A stretch of DNA of 55,449 nt from Patescibacteria group bacterium (GTDB lineage: Bacteria > Patescibacteriota > Minisyncoccia > Minisyncoccales > UBA5738), in NCBI GenBank assembly GCA_034678605.1, contig JAXDBQ010000002.1, positions 1-55,449 of the forward strand. Reading direction: 5' to 3'. Shown here piece after piece: positions 29,718-38,998 of this stretch. Within the stretch, counting starts at the first letter, position 1. Every line of letters begins with the position of its first letter. Made by a program: the position numbers and the translations under genes. The notes under the pieces are model-generated. The model had not been told where the DNA came from, ran no database searches, and saw nothing but the letters and a program-made list of their open reading frames with translations.

Positions 29718-30104
29718 ATGAAATTAAGTAAAAAAGATATTGATATGCTTTGGGGGCGAAGCGGGCCGTATTCGGAGGCCAAAATTATTATCAACGCGCG
29801 AATTCTTGACGACAGCGTCTCGCGGGTGATGGTTGAAGTTGAGGGCAATATAAATCCCACGACTTTTAAAATTATTGCAAAAAATCGGAAGAAATTTTTG
29901 GATGACCAGATGATTTGCGAAATTTTGGACACCGCGGTTTATCAAGATGAAAAATTCGGTTATTTGATTGCCGCCAGTTACGAAGAATATGACGGACCGG
30001 CTTCAATGGCGCGGGCGCAGGTGAGAGTGGATTATATGAAAAAAGCGATTATCAGAATGCATCATTTCGTTCTTAAGAATGTTGAAAATATTGACAGCAT
30101 TTAA
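29718..30104 (+). CDS. Hypothetical protein
   Basis: 128-aa ORF between repeated intergenic motifs; no recognised motif. Confidence 0.65.
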   Translation: MKLSKKDIDMLWGRSGPYSEAKIIINARILDDSVSRVMVEVEGNINPTTFKIIAKNRKKFLDDQMICEILDTAVYQDEKFGYLIAASYEEYDGPASMARAQVRVDYMKKAIIRMHHFVLKNVENIDSI

Positions 30105-30266
30105 TAATTTGCAATATTGCAATGGTCAGATCATTGCAATCGGCCGTGGAGAGTTTGGGCTAATAGGCGAATAGTTTGGCCGGAATGGCGCGGGGGCGGT
30201 TGAAAAATCGGGGGAAATGGGCAAAAATGGAAACGGGTGATGATTCGCGCTATAATTTTATGAGCG

Positions 30267-30941
30267 ATGATTGAGATACCGCAAAATATTTTAAATAAAT
30301 TCATTGTCCGCGCCGATTATTTGGAATGGATAAAAAATCAAGCGGCGATATGTGTTTATTTGGATTTGACCAATATGTTGCATTGGCAAGGCGTTTTGGG
30401 GTGGAAATTCAGAATTGAAGATGTCATCAGCCAGCTTTTATCGTTTTCAAATATAAAAGAAATCAAGGTTTATTATGGATTGAACGGCCGCGATATCAAA
30501 AATTCAAAAGCGTTTCACAACCGGATCAAAAAAGCGGGAGCGATAATGCGGACAAAGCCGATGAAATTTATTGTTAAAACGGTTGATGAAAGATTGTTTT
30601 TTCAACAAAAAACAATCACTCTTTTTGACGGACAGGTCAAACAAAAAATTAAAGAATTGATAATTGAATTGCAAAATTCAGGTTTGATAATTGAAGAACC
30701 GAAATGCAATTTTGATGTGGAAATGGCAATGGATATGTTGGATGATGCCGATAAAATGTCGGCGATTTTGCTTTTTTCCGGGGATTCCGATCTTTTGGGG
30801 CCGTTGGAAAGGTTAAGGGTGAAAGGTAAAAAAATTGGCATTGTTGGAGTTCGCGGCCAAACCGCGGGCGAATTGCATCGCGTTAAAAACAAATATATTG
30901 ATTTTGGAAAGTTTTACAGCGGCAAGCGGACGCGGTTGTAA
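30267..30941 (+). CDS. NYN (LabA/PIN-like) domain protein
   Basis: VYLDLTN, KCNFDVEMAMD, LFSGDSDL..L..LR..GKKI motifs. Confidence 0.88.
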   Translation: MIEIPQNILNKFIVRADYLEWIKNQAAICVYLDLTNMLHWQGVLGWKFRIEDVISQLLSFSNIKEIKVYYGLNGRDIKNSKAFHNRIKKAGAIMRTKPMKFIVKTVDERLFFQQKTITLFDGQVKQKIKELIIELQNSGLIIEEPKCNFDVEMAMDMLDDADKMSAILLFSGDSDLLGPLERLRVKGKKIGIVGVRGQTAGELHRVKNKYIDFGKFYSGKRTRL

Positions 30942-30999
30942 AAAAGCGAAAATCCCGCCAAAGCGGGACCGCGAGAATAGTAAGCGAACGCCGCTTACA
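30941..30999 (-). ncRNA. Candidate small RNA convergent on the NYN gene
   Basis: Minus-strand TTGACA-16-TAAAAT with extended TG (31032-31005); hairpin GTAAGCG-5-CGCTTAC then terminator TCCCGC-TTTG-GCGGGA-TTTT. Confidence 0.6.
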
Positions 31000-31258
31000 A
31001 TGCCATTTTAACAGCAATGCCGACAATGTCAAGTTTTAGCATTGTGCAAGGGTGCGGATAAAATTTTATTTGCAACGGTTAGATCATTGCAAGTAGTTGA
31101 GATTATTATCTTATTCGAGCGAATAGGTGAATTTTCCCCATTCGCGATGGTCTGACCATCACAAACGGCGGCGGTTGAAAAATCGGGGGAAATGGGCAAG
31201 AATGGATGCGCGGGAAATATTGAGTTCGGACTTTGGAAAATTTTGTTAAATTAACGCT

Positions 31259-31888
31259 ATGGCTTATTTGTTTTTGGATGAAAGCGGTGATTTGGGTTTT
31301 AAAAAATCATCAAGTAAATGGTTTTTGTTCACGATTGCTTTGACATCGGACAGCCGCGGATTAGAAAGGGTGATTAAAAAAGTGTGGCGGTCTTTGCGGA
31401 AAAAACACAAAAGAATCGGCGAGCTTCACGCCGCGCATGAAAAAAGCGCCACAAGAAAACAAATTTTGAAAAAACTTTCCGAGGTTGATGATTTAAAAGT
31501 TTTTTCCGTTATTTTGAATAAGCAGAAGGTTTATGTTGATTTGCAAAATCAAAAAAACCATCTTTATAATTTTACCGCTAATGTGTTGCTGGGAGCGATT
31601 TATGAGCGGAATTTGCTGGCACGGCGCGAACCGATTGATTTGTGCGCGGATCGAAAGGATACCAAGAAAAAATTAAGGGATGAGTTTGTGGGATATTTGA
31701 ACAATTCGATGGAAAAAAGAAATCATGGCGGGTTTACGGTGAGGTTGCGCGCTTCGCACGACGATAAATCTTTGCAAGCGGTTGATTTTATTTCTTGGGC
31801 GATATTTCAAAAATATGAGAATGGCGATCTTGAATATTATCGAATAATTAAAAACAAAATTATTGAAGAAAAGATGTTGTTCGATTGA
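31259..31888 (+). CDS. DUF3800 family protein
   Basis: YLFLDESGDLG and SLQAVDFISWAIF signature. Confidence 0.88.
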   Translation: MAYLFLDESGDLGFKKSSSKWFLFTIALTSDSRGLERVIKKVWRSLRKKHKRIGELHAAHEKSATRKQILKKLSEVDDLKVFSVILNKQKVYVDLQNQKNHLYNFTANVLLGAIYERNLLARREPIDLCADRKDTKKKLRDEFVGYLNNSMEKRNHGGFTVRLRASHDDKSLQAVDFISWAIFQKYENGDLEYYRIIKNKIIEEKMLFD

Positions 31889-31957
31889 AAAACAAAAAGC
31901 CCCCCGCTTTAACGAGGCACCATCCGGAACCCCAACGCGGCGGGTCTTACTTTTGTG
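31888..31957 (-). ncRNA. Candidate small RNA convergent on DUF3800 gene 2
   Basis: Minus-strand TTGACA-18-TACAAT (31992-31963); CCCGC/GCGGG-closed GC-rich structure followed by U-tract. Confidence 0.55.
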
Positions 31958-32024
31958 TTTTTATTGTATATAAGTTTTATTATTTTTGTCAAGCAGGATT
32001 TGTCGGGGTTATGCCTTGGGAGAG

Positions 32025-32072
32025 TTTGACAGGGGGTCAACCCCTGTCAAATTTACAGGGGTTGAACCCCTG
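32025..32072. repeat. Tandem REP-like palindromes
   Basis: TTTGACAGGGGGTCAACCCCTGTCAAA followed by ACAGGGGTTGAACCCCTGT. Confidence 0.7.
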
Positions 32073-32252
32073 TTTTTTTGGTGGCGGGAAATACTATGTT
32101 TAAGTCGTGTTTGTTTTTCTATGGGATGTTTCGTCCGAAAGTTGGAATAAATGACGGGGGGGTGTTGAAAAATCGGGAAAAATGGGCAAGAATGAATACG
32201 GGCTAAAAAGTAAAAGGTCAAAGGTCAAAGGTTAAAGGTAAAAGGTTATTGT

Positions 32253-33047
32253 ATGGTTGAGGGGTATTTGGAAAACGGGGTTTATTATCGGGTTAGCGAA
32301 ATAAAAAACGGGCGGCAAACGCTGGTTTTCGTGCATGGGTTATCGGGCAGTTTGTCGGCGTGGCGGCCCTATGAGGAAAGGTTTTGGGCGGATTTTAATT
32401 TGCTGTTTTTTGATTTGCGGGGGCATGGCAAGTCGGTGAAAAAAAATGATTTTGCTTATTACTCTTTGGAAAACACCGCCGGGGATATCGGCGCGCTGGC
32501 AAAAAAATTCAAAGTGGAAAAATTTGTTTTGATCGGCCATTCATTTGGCGCGCTTTTGGCGCTTGATTTTGCCAAAAAAAATCAACGCGCGTTGGATAAA
32601 CTTGTTTTGTTGGCGCCGGATTACCGCATCAGCCAGACCTGGCGGGCCAAGGCGGCGCGTCCGTTTTTGGGTTTGGCCAAAGCGGCGATGATCAAGCCCT
32701 TTCGCGAGCGGACCGGGATCCATTTGGATTATGCCAAATTTTTCGGCGCCGGCGATTGGGACATCAAAAGAATTTACGCCGATATCCGCAACACTTCTTT
32801 GCGGGTTTATTGTTATTGTTTGTGGCAGGCCGAGAAGATCGACGGCGGCGCGATTTCCGAAAATATTAATGTTCCGGTTTTGATCGTGCACGGAAAAAAA
32901 GACACGGTGTTCCCGTGCTCGGATTCAAAACTTTTGGCAAAAAAAATTCCCGGGGCGCGTTTGGAAATTTTGCCGCGCGCCAATCACATTTTGGTGATCA
33001 ATAATCCGCGAGAAGTGGCCGATCGGATCGAAAAATTTATCAAATAA
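32253..33047 (+). CDS. Alpha/beta hydrolase
   Basis: VFVHG, DLRGHG, GHSFG nucleophile elbow, HGKKD, terminal His. Confidence 0.92.
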   Translation: MVEGYLENGVYYRVSEIKNGRQTLVFVHGLSGSLSAWRPYEERFWADFNLLFFDLRGHGKSVKKNDFAYYSLENTAGDIGALAKKFKVEKFVLIGHSFGALLALDFAKKNQRALDKLVLLAPDYRISQTWRAKAARPFLGLAKAAMIKPFRERTGIHLDYAKFFGAGDWDIKRIYADIRNTSLRVYCYCLWQAEKIDGGAISENINVPVLIVHGKKDTVFPCSDSKLLAKKIPGARLEILPRANHILVINNPREVADRIEKFIK

Positions 33048-33068
33048 CCCTTTATTGATTGCGTTTTT

Positions 33069-33161
33069 GGCGCGTGTTTTGCGGCGCGCGCGAATTTTCC
33101 GCTGAAAATTCACTCTGGGCGTCCGCCGGTCGCGGGCGCAGGCCGCCGCAAAACACGCGCC
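33069..33161. repeat. Multi-branch structured repeat, copy 1
   Basis: Outer stem plus two inner hairpins conserved with compensatory changes at 38796-38889 and 47081-47223. Confidence 0.7.
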
Positions 33162-33875
33162 TCAACGCTTTTTGGTTGGTTGTTTTTTTAATTTTTCGAT
33201 TTCCGTTTGGGTGAGATGGCGCCATTGGCCGGGCGGTAAATTGCCCAAAGTCAAAAATCCCACGCGGGTTCTTTTTAGTCGCGCCACGCGTTTGCCGATT
33301 TTTTCGAACATGCGGCGCACCACCCGTTTTTTGCCGGAATGAATAACGGCGCGGTAATCTTTGGCGCCGATTTTTTCAAAGCGGTCGGGCTTGATGAAGC
33401 CGTCTTCAAGTTTGACGCCGCTTTTGATTGTTTCAATTTCGTTTTTAGTGAGGGGAAAGTTGGCGGTGATCTCGTATTCTTTTTCGATCTTATAGCGGGG
33501 GTGGGTGAGTTTTTGGGTGAGCTCGCCGTCGTTGGTGAGCAAGATTAGGCCGGTGGTGTTTTTATCAAGCCGTCCCATGGGCCAGACCTTTGGATTGGCG
33601 GGCGCCAAACTTGTGATCAATTTTTGCGCGCGCGGATCGTCGGTGGTGGAGGTGTAGCCGGCGGGTTTGTGGAGCAAGTAATAAGCGGCCTTTGCCGGCG
33701 CGGCGATTTTGCCGCTGATTTCGATTTTGTCATGATTTGGGTCGATTCTTTTGGCGACGTTGTTCATTTTTTTGCCGTTGACAAAAACCAGGCCTTGCTT
33801 GATCAAGGCCTCGGCTTTTCGCCGCGACGCGATGCCGGCTTGGGAAATATATTTTGAAATTTTAATTGTGGACAT
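33162..33875 (-). CDS. rRNA pseudouridine synthase (RsuA/RluB family)
   Basis: S4 domain SRRKAE, HKPAG, GRLDKNTTGLILLTNDG, HPRY..EKEY. Confidence 0.93.
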   Translation of the reverse strand: MSTIKISKYISQAGIASRRKAEALIKQGLVFVNGKKMNNVAKRIDPNHDKIEISGKIAAPAKAAYYLLHKPAGYTSTTDDPRAQKLITSLAPANPKVWPMGRLDKNTTGLILLTNDGELTQKLTHPRYKIEKEYEITANFPLTKNEIETIKSGVKLEDGFIKPDRFEKIGAKDYRAVIHSGKKRVVRRMFEKIGKRVARLKRTRVGFLTLGNLPPGQWRHLTQTEIEKLKKQPTKKR

Positions 33876-34074
33876 ACGATTATCTAAAAACTAAGAACCA
33901 ATAACTAAAAACTTTATGTAATAGCCCAAAACTTTCGCTCAAAAAATCCGATTAGATTTTACATTTTTAGTTTTTAGATTTGAGATGAAGTTTTGGGTTT
34001 TTGGGATATTAGTTCTAAGATGCATTTGTATTAAAAAACGCAGTTTGGCTGCGGCGGTATTTGGGTTTAATTTT

Positions 34075-34773
34075 TTATTGAATGGCGATCGCCGGCAAGA
34101 CAACGCGGGCGTTGGCCAGCGATTCGGCTTTTTTGGCGACCAATTTTTCAATCGCCGCCACGGTGTCGTTGATCTTTCCTCGTTTGTTAATGACTACATG
34201 ATCATAGCGATCATGATATTGCCACCACATCTCGCGATCGCGGGCGAGTTTTGCCAAAAACTTTTCTTCGTTGGCGCCGGGATCGCGCCGGAAATATTGT
34301 TCGCGCAATTGGTCCCAATCCTCCGGAGCGATGTAGACGGTGATGGTTTTTTGCAAGATCGATTCGGCGATCTCGGGCATATTTTCCTTAATGATGCGGC
34401 GGATATGGGCCATGGCGTATTCGTCGATTTGCCAAATAACGTTTCTGCCGCCAAGGATCGCCGAGATCGAGTCCTTGCCGGTACCTTTGTATTCGCCCGG
34501 GCGGACTTCAATGTATTCCAGGTATTTGCCGTCTTTGATCCGTTGCTTGAATTGGTCGTTGGTGAAAAAATTGTGGCTCACGCCTTCGATCTCGCCTTGG
34601 CGCGGCGCGCGGGTGGTGTCGGTGACGATCTTGCGGAATTCCGGATTTCGTTGCAAGAATAATTCTTTGGCGGTGTCTTTCCCCACGCCGCTGGGGCCGG
34701 TGATCACAAGCAAAACCCCCTCGCATTTGGCGCAGTTCTTGTGAGACAGCAATTGGAGGATTTTGGCAAGCAT
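34075..34773 (-). CDS. gmk: Guanylate kinase
   Basis: GPSGVGKDT P-loop, TTRAPRQGEIEG, YKGT. Confidence 0.85.
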   Translation of the reverse strand: MLAKILQLLSHKNCAKCEGVLLVITGPSGVGKDTAKELFLQRNPEFRKIVTDTTRAPRQGEIEGVSHNFFTNDQFKQRIKDGKYLEYIEVRPGEYKGTGKDSISAILGGRNVIWQIDEYAMAHIRRIIKENMPEIAESILQKTITVYIAPEDWDQLREQYFRRDPGANEEKFLAKLARDREMWWQYHDRYDHVVINKRGKINDTVAAIEKLVAKKAESLANARVVLPAIAIQ

Positions 34774-34942
34774 TTGGTTTAAAAAAATAATCTCCCGCGT
34801 TCTTTAAACACGGGGGAAACTCCGCTTTTGCTTTAATTGGCGAGAATTATTGGTTTATTATTTTATTTTTATCTTTTTTCGCGACAGTGTCAAGAGATGT
34901 TTTGATTGCAAAATTTGCCGCATTTGCTAATTTGGAACTAAT

Positions 34943-35605
34943 ATGATTCGAATCAAGAGATTGTTTATCGTGATTTTTTTGCCGGTTGGAGGCGTTTTTT
35001 TGGCGGCTTTTGCGGCTAATATCGCGGTGGCCACGATCGGCGCTCGAGATATTCGCGCCAATATCGGCGATTTGCCGCCGGCGCAGGCGGTTTTGGTGCC
35101 GGGGGCGGCGGTTTGGCGCGGCGGACGGATGAGCGATGTGTTTTTTGACCGCGCCAGCGCGGCGCTGGCGGTTTATCGCGCCGGCAAGGCCAAAAAGATT
35201 TTGGCAAGCGGCGACCACAGCCGCGGCGACTATGACGAAGTGAACGTTGCCAAAAACTTTTTTTTGGCCAATGGTGTTCCGGCCGAGGATATCTTTACGG
35301 ATTACGCGGGGCTTGACACCTATGACAGCGTTTATCGCGCCAAAAATATCTTTCAAGTTGAATCGATGGTCGTGGCCACGCAAAATTTCCATTTGCCGCG
35401 CGCGCTTTATTTGGCGCGGCAAATCGGGATTGACGCGCGCGGGATCAGCGCGGACCTGCGCTCCTATGATCTGGGATGGCGCAATGTTTTGCGCGAAAAC
35501 GCGGCCCGCGCCAAAGCGTTCTGGGACGCGGCCAGCAACGCCAGCCCCAAGTTTTTGGGAGAAACCATTCCCATCACCGGCGACGGCCGGGAGTCGTGGG
35601 ATTAA
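34943..35605 (+). CDS. SanA/YdcF (DUF218) family protein
   Basis: LVPGA, SGD...YDEV, DYAGLDTYDS, TQNFHLPRALY, LRE. Confidence 0.9.
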   Translation: MIRIKRLFIVIFLPVGGVFLAAFAANIAVATIGARDIRANIGDLPPAQAVLVPGAAVWRGGRMSDVFFDRASAALAVYRAGKAKKILASGDHSRGDYDEVNVAKNFFLANGVPAEDIFTDYAGLDTYDSVYRAKNIFQVESMVVATQNFHLPRALYLARQIGIDARGISADLRSYDLGWRNVLRENAARAKAFWDAASNASPKFLGETIPITGDGRESWD

Positions 35606-35730
35606 AAACGTAAAACTAAAAGCGCAAAGCGCAAAGTAAGGTGCAAATACGCGATTTTTATTTTACACTTTACACTTTTCGCTTTACGCTCCACGTTTTT
35701 TGCTTTACACTTTTAACTTTACGCTTTAAA
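35605..35730. repeat. 7-mer repeat hairpin tract (AAAGCGC/TTTACGC-like)
   Basis: A-rich 7-mer arm followed by longer complementary T-rich arm. Confidence 0.55.
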
Positions 35731-35738
35731 CTTTTATC

Positions 35739-36545
35739 ATGCCTGAATTACCCGAAGTTGAAACAATCAGGAGGCAATTGGAAGCCGCGGTGACGGGGAA
35801 AACCGTCGGCCGGGTTGAGATTTTGGAGCCGAAGATGTTTATCGGCGATCCCAAAGCCATCATCGGCCAAAAAATCACCGGCGCGGGCCGCGCGGCCAAG
35901 GTGTTGCGGTTGTTTTTCGCCAACGGCGCGGCGCTTTTGGCGCATTTCAAGTTGAACGGCCAGTTTTTTTTGGAAACCGGCGGGCAAAATTTCGACGCGC
36001 GATTCACGCGGATAATTTTGCATTTTACCGACGGCGCGCGTTTGCGATTTAACGATTCGCGCAAATTCGCGTGGATGAAAGCGGTCAAAAATTTTCAAGA
36101 AGAGCCAAGCGGGGCGATCGAGCCGTTCCAAGAAAATTTCACTTTGGAGAATTTTGCCGGCATATTGTCAAAAAGCCGCAAACCCGTCAAAATATTGTTG
36201 ATGGATCAGGAAAAAATCGGCGGTATTGGCAACATTTATGCCAACGAGGCGTTGTTTGCCGCGCGGATCGATCCGTTCCGGCCGGCAAATTCCTTGAGCG
36301 CGCCGGAAGCCAAAAAACTCCATGATGCGATTTTGAAAATTCTGCAAAAAGCCGTTGATTGCCATGGCTCGTCGGGGAAAGACGAATGGTACCGCCAATT
36401 GGACGGCGCGTCCGGCTGTTATCAAGAACATTTTTTGGCCTACCAGTGCGACGGCAAAAAATGCCCGGCAAATTGCGGCGGCGAAATCGTTCGCAAAAAG
36501 CAATCCGGCCGCAGTACATTCTACTGCCCAAAATGCCAGAAATAG
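35739..36545 (+). CDS. mutM: Formamidopyrimidine-DNA glycosylase
   Basis: MPELPEVET, GIGNIYANE, C-terminal zinc finger GRSTFYCPKCQ. Confidence 0.96.
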   Translation: MPELPEVETIRRQLEAAVTGKTVGRVEILEPKMFIGDPKAIIGQKITGAGRAAKVLRLFFANGAALLAHFKLNGQFFLETGGQNFDARFTRIILHFTDGARLRFNDSRKFAWMKAVKNFQEEPSGAIEPFQENFTLENFAGILSKSRKPVKILLMDQEKIGGIGNIYANEALFAARIDPFRPANSLSAPEAKKLHDAILKILQKAVDCHGSSGKDEWYRQLDGASGCYQEHFLAYQCDGKKCPANCGGEIVRKKQSGRSTFYCPKCQK

Positions 36546-36603
36546 GAATTATGAATTATGAATTAGAATTAGGATTTTGCATTATAATTTAAATACTATT
36601 GAA

Positions 36604-36642
36604 GGGGTCTAACCGCCCGCGATTACACGGGGGTTAGACCCC
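36604..36642. repeat. 39-bp REP-like element, copy 2
   Basis: Reverse complement of 22086-22124. Confidence 0.85.
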
Positions 36643-36687
36643 AAATGCAAAGCGTTTCGTAATTCAAAATAATGAATCAAAAATAAT

Positions 36688-36960
36688 ATGAAAAACATAA
36701 CAATGGTTTTGGCGGCGGTTTGCGTGTTGGGGTTGGGGGCGCTGGCAATGGACGCGGGGGCGCAGGTTGAGATCCAGCAAGAGTTGGAAAGCGTGTCGCA
36801 GACCTTGGACACGGTGGCGACTCAGACGCAAAGCGTGAAGGAAAAAGGCATTGTCCAAACCATTTGGGACAATCTCACCGCGCCGATCGCGGCCATCCGG
36901 CAGCAAATCATCGGCATTTTTTCTCAATTCGGCGGCCTTCTATCGATCTTCGGCCAGTAA
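36688..36960 (+). CDS. Small secreted hypothetical protein
   Basis: Signal-peptide-like N-terminus, host-like codon usage. Confidence 0.65.
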   Translation: MKNITMVLAAVCVLGLGALAMDAGAQVEIQQELESVSQTLDTVATQTQSVKEKGIVQTIWDNLTAPIAAIRQQIIGIFSQFGGLLSIFGQ

Positions 36961-37039
36961 ATAGCCGGATTTTCTTTGGTTTTTGGTTTTGGTATCCGTT
37001 TTGTCGTTTTGCGCTTTGCGCTTTAAATTTTACGCTTTT

Positions 37040-37336
37040 ATGTACGGCATGCCGGCAAAAAGGTTCGATCCGGATTATTACAAAAACAATCCGATCGACA
37101 AAAAATTGGATTTCGCGCTGGGGTTCGCGCTGGCGGCGCTGGTTTGGGTCGTTTTTTTCAATCCGCATTGGTGGCTGGCGCCATTGCTAGTTTTTTGCGC
37201 CGCCATGGCCGGGATATTTTTCAAGTTCAGGCGGCGCTATGTGATCTATGGCGCGCTGGCGCTGGTATTTTTTCCGCTGGCGCTTTGGGGCGGGCTGATG
37301 ATCGTCTGGGCCGGCCGCAACGAAATAAAGAGTTGA
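37040..37336 (+). CDS. Small membrane protein
   Basis: Three hydrophobic segments; start moved to first ATG downstream of a 7-mer repeat tract. Confidence 0.6.
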   Translation: MYGMPAKRFDPDYYKNNPIDKKLDFALGFALAALVWVVFFNPHWWLAPLLVFCAAMAGIFFKFRRRYVIYGALALVFFPLALWGGLMIVWAGRNEIKS

Positions 37337-37345
37337 TAAAGTATT

Positions 37346-37666
37346 ATGGTTTATAACGAATACATAATAACAACCGTTAAAGAAGTGGAAGAATTTATGT
37401 ATTCTTTCGATAAGCCGATTTTTTCCAAAATTGCGCGGGCAGTTGAACTTTTGGAGTTTTTTGGAAAAAATTTGTATATGCCGCATAGCAAGAAAGTCGA
37501 TAAAGATTTGTTTGAATTAAGAATTCGCGGCAAAAAAGAAATAAGAATATTTTATGCATTTTTGGGGAACAAAATATTTTTATTGCATGGTTTTGTCAAA
37601 AAATCTGAAAAAATTCCATTGAAAGAAATCCGATTGGCAAAAGTCCGTTTCGCTTGTTTGACTTAA
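37346..37666 (+). CDS. RelE/HigB-like (Gp49-type) toxin
   Basis: MPHSKKV..DLFELRIRG..EIRIFY, LLHGFVKKSEKIP; upstream of an HTH gene. Confidence 0.9.
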   Translation: MVYNEYIITTVKEVEEFMYSFDKPIFSKIARAVELLEFFGKNLYMPHSKKVDKDLFELRIRGKKEIRIFYAFLGNKIFLLHGFVKKSEKIPLKEIRLAKVRFACLT

Positions 37667-37708
37667 TAATGACATATATGTTATATATTAAATAAACCAA
37701 TAAAATTT

Positions 37709-37987
37709 ATGGAAACAAGAACTTGGGCAGAATTTAAAAAGGAATTTTTAAAAGATAAAGAAATCGCCGCTGAATACAAAAAATTGGAGCCGGAATTCGA
37801 AATCGCTAAAATGGTTATTCAAAAAAGAATCGAAAAAAAGATGTCTCAAGCCCAATTGGCAAAAAAAATCGGCACCAAGCAAACAGCGATTTCGCGGTTG
37901 GAGTCGGGGTCTTACAATCCATCGTTGTTGTTTTTACGCAAAGTGGCGCGGGCGCTGAATTCCAATCTCGTTATTTCTTTTAAATAA
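37709..37987 (+). CDS. XRE-family HTH antitoxin (HigA-like)
   Basis: MSQAQLAKKIGTKQTAISRLESGSYNPSL. Confidence 0.9.
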   Translation: METRTWAEFKKEFLKDKEIAAEYKKLEPEFEIAKMVIQKRIEKKMSQAQLAKKIGTKQTAISRLESGSYNPSLLFLRKVARALNSNLVISFK

Positions 37988-38062
37988 TTTTTTGCGCGAC
38001 CGATAAAGCAAGCAAAAAACCGCCATTCAAATGTTGGCGGTTTTTTGTTGGTAAAACCAAGA

Positions 38063-38761
38063 TTAGAATTTGCAAAGGTTGTTGTCGAAATTGCCGCCGA
38101 ATTGGGCGCATAATTCTTTGCTGATGCCGGCGCAGATATTGTCGGTTTTGTTCCATTCGCCGCGGTTGTCGGTGCAGGCGGCTTCGGCTTGGGCGTTGGC
38201 GCGCTTGGGAGTGAGTTCTTTAAACATCACGCCGTCCAGAATATAACTCTTCGATACGGGGATGGTGGGATCTTTTTCCACGTTGTCGCCGTCGATTTTC
38301 CTTTCCAAAAAGTTGATGCGCACCGCCTGGTTGACGATCGAAATGTCTTCAATCTTGACGCCTTCGCCCAGCGGCACGGCATTGGAGCCCACGATCATCT
38401 TCTTGGGTTCGTCGACCAGCGCGATGGCGGCGTAATAGTAGACGCCCGGGTCGTTTTCGGTTTGCTGCTTGATCACCACGGCAAAATCGGATTGGCCGTC
38501 GGAGTTGAGATCGCCGGCCACCGGTTCGCCGGTGACTTCGGTGGTGATCTTGGCGCCGCCATAGGGGCTCACCGATTCGGCCTTGCCGTTTTGCAAAGAA
38601 ACAATGTCGGTTTCCACCAGATAATTGGCGTTGAGCGGGGTGAGGACGCTGGCCGGGTTTTGGTCTTCGGTTTTGGGTGTTTCGGTCTTGGGCTTGCCAA
38701 ACATCAAAAATCCGATAACGGCCGCGGCAATGACGATCAAAAGCAAAATAATTTTTTTCAT
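38063..38761 (-). CDS. Membrane-anchored exported hypothetical protein
   Basis: N-terminal TM; PLNANY, GDLNSDGQSD, C-terminal Cys cluster. Confidence 0.75.
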   Translation of the reverse strand: MKKIILLLIVIAAAVIGFLMFGKPKTETPKTEDQNPASVLTPLNANYLVETDIVSLQNGKAESVSPYGGAKITTEVTGEPVAGDLNSDGQSDFAVVIKQQTENDPGVYYYAAIALVDEPKKMIVGSNAVPLGEGVKIEDISIVNQAVRINFLERKIDGDNVEKDPTIPVSKSYILDGVMFKELTPKRANAQAEAACTDNRGEWNKTDNICAGISKELCAQFGGNFDNNLCKF

Positions 38762-38795
38762 TTTTTAGTTGTTTAAAATTGAAAAATTCTTGTTC

Positions 38796-38889
38796 GGCAA
38801 TTATTTTCGCGAAGACGCAAATTTTCTGCTGAAAATTCGCTCGGTGCGCCTGCCGGCCGCGGGCGCAATGCTTCGCGAAAACATTTGCC
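38796..38889. repeat. Multi-branch structured repeat, copy 2
   Basis: GGCAATTATTTTCGCGAAG...CTTCGCGAAAACATTTGCC with two inner hairpins. Confidence 0.75.
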
Positions 38890-38998
38890 TCAAAGAATTT
38901 CTTGATATAAAAAATTGGCAATTAGCATATGGCCATTATAGCAAAAATTTGATTTACGGCAAATGCAAGTATATTATGATAATATCAGGCCATCCATT

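Noticed and set aside
29624-32194. CRISPR array or classical integron
   Set aside because: Repeats are separated by whole genes, not 30-40-nt spacers; no cas or intI gene; no convincing attC R-box pairs seen.
33985-34662. Long antisense ORFs such as 33985-34662 +, 9899-10711 -, 25501-26271 -, 39026-39841 -
   Set aside because: Shadows of well-supported genes on the opposite strand, with no motifs of their own.
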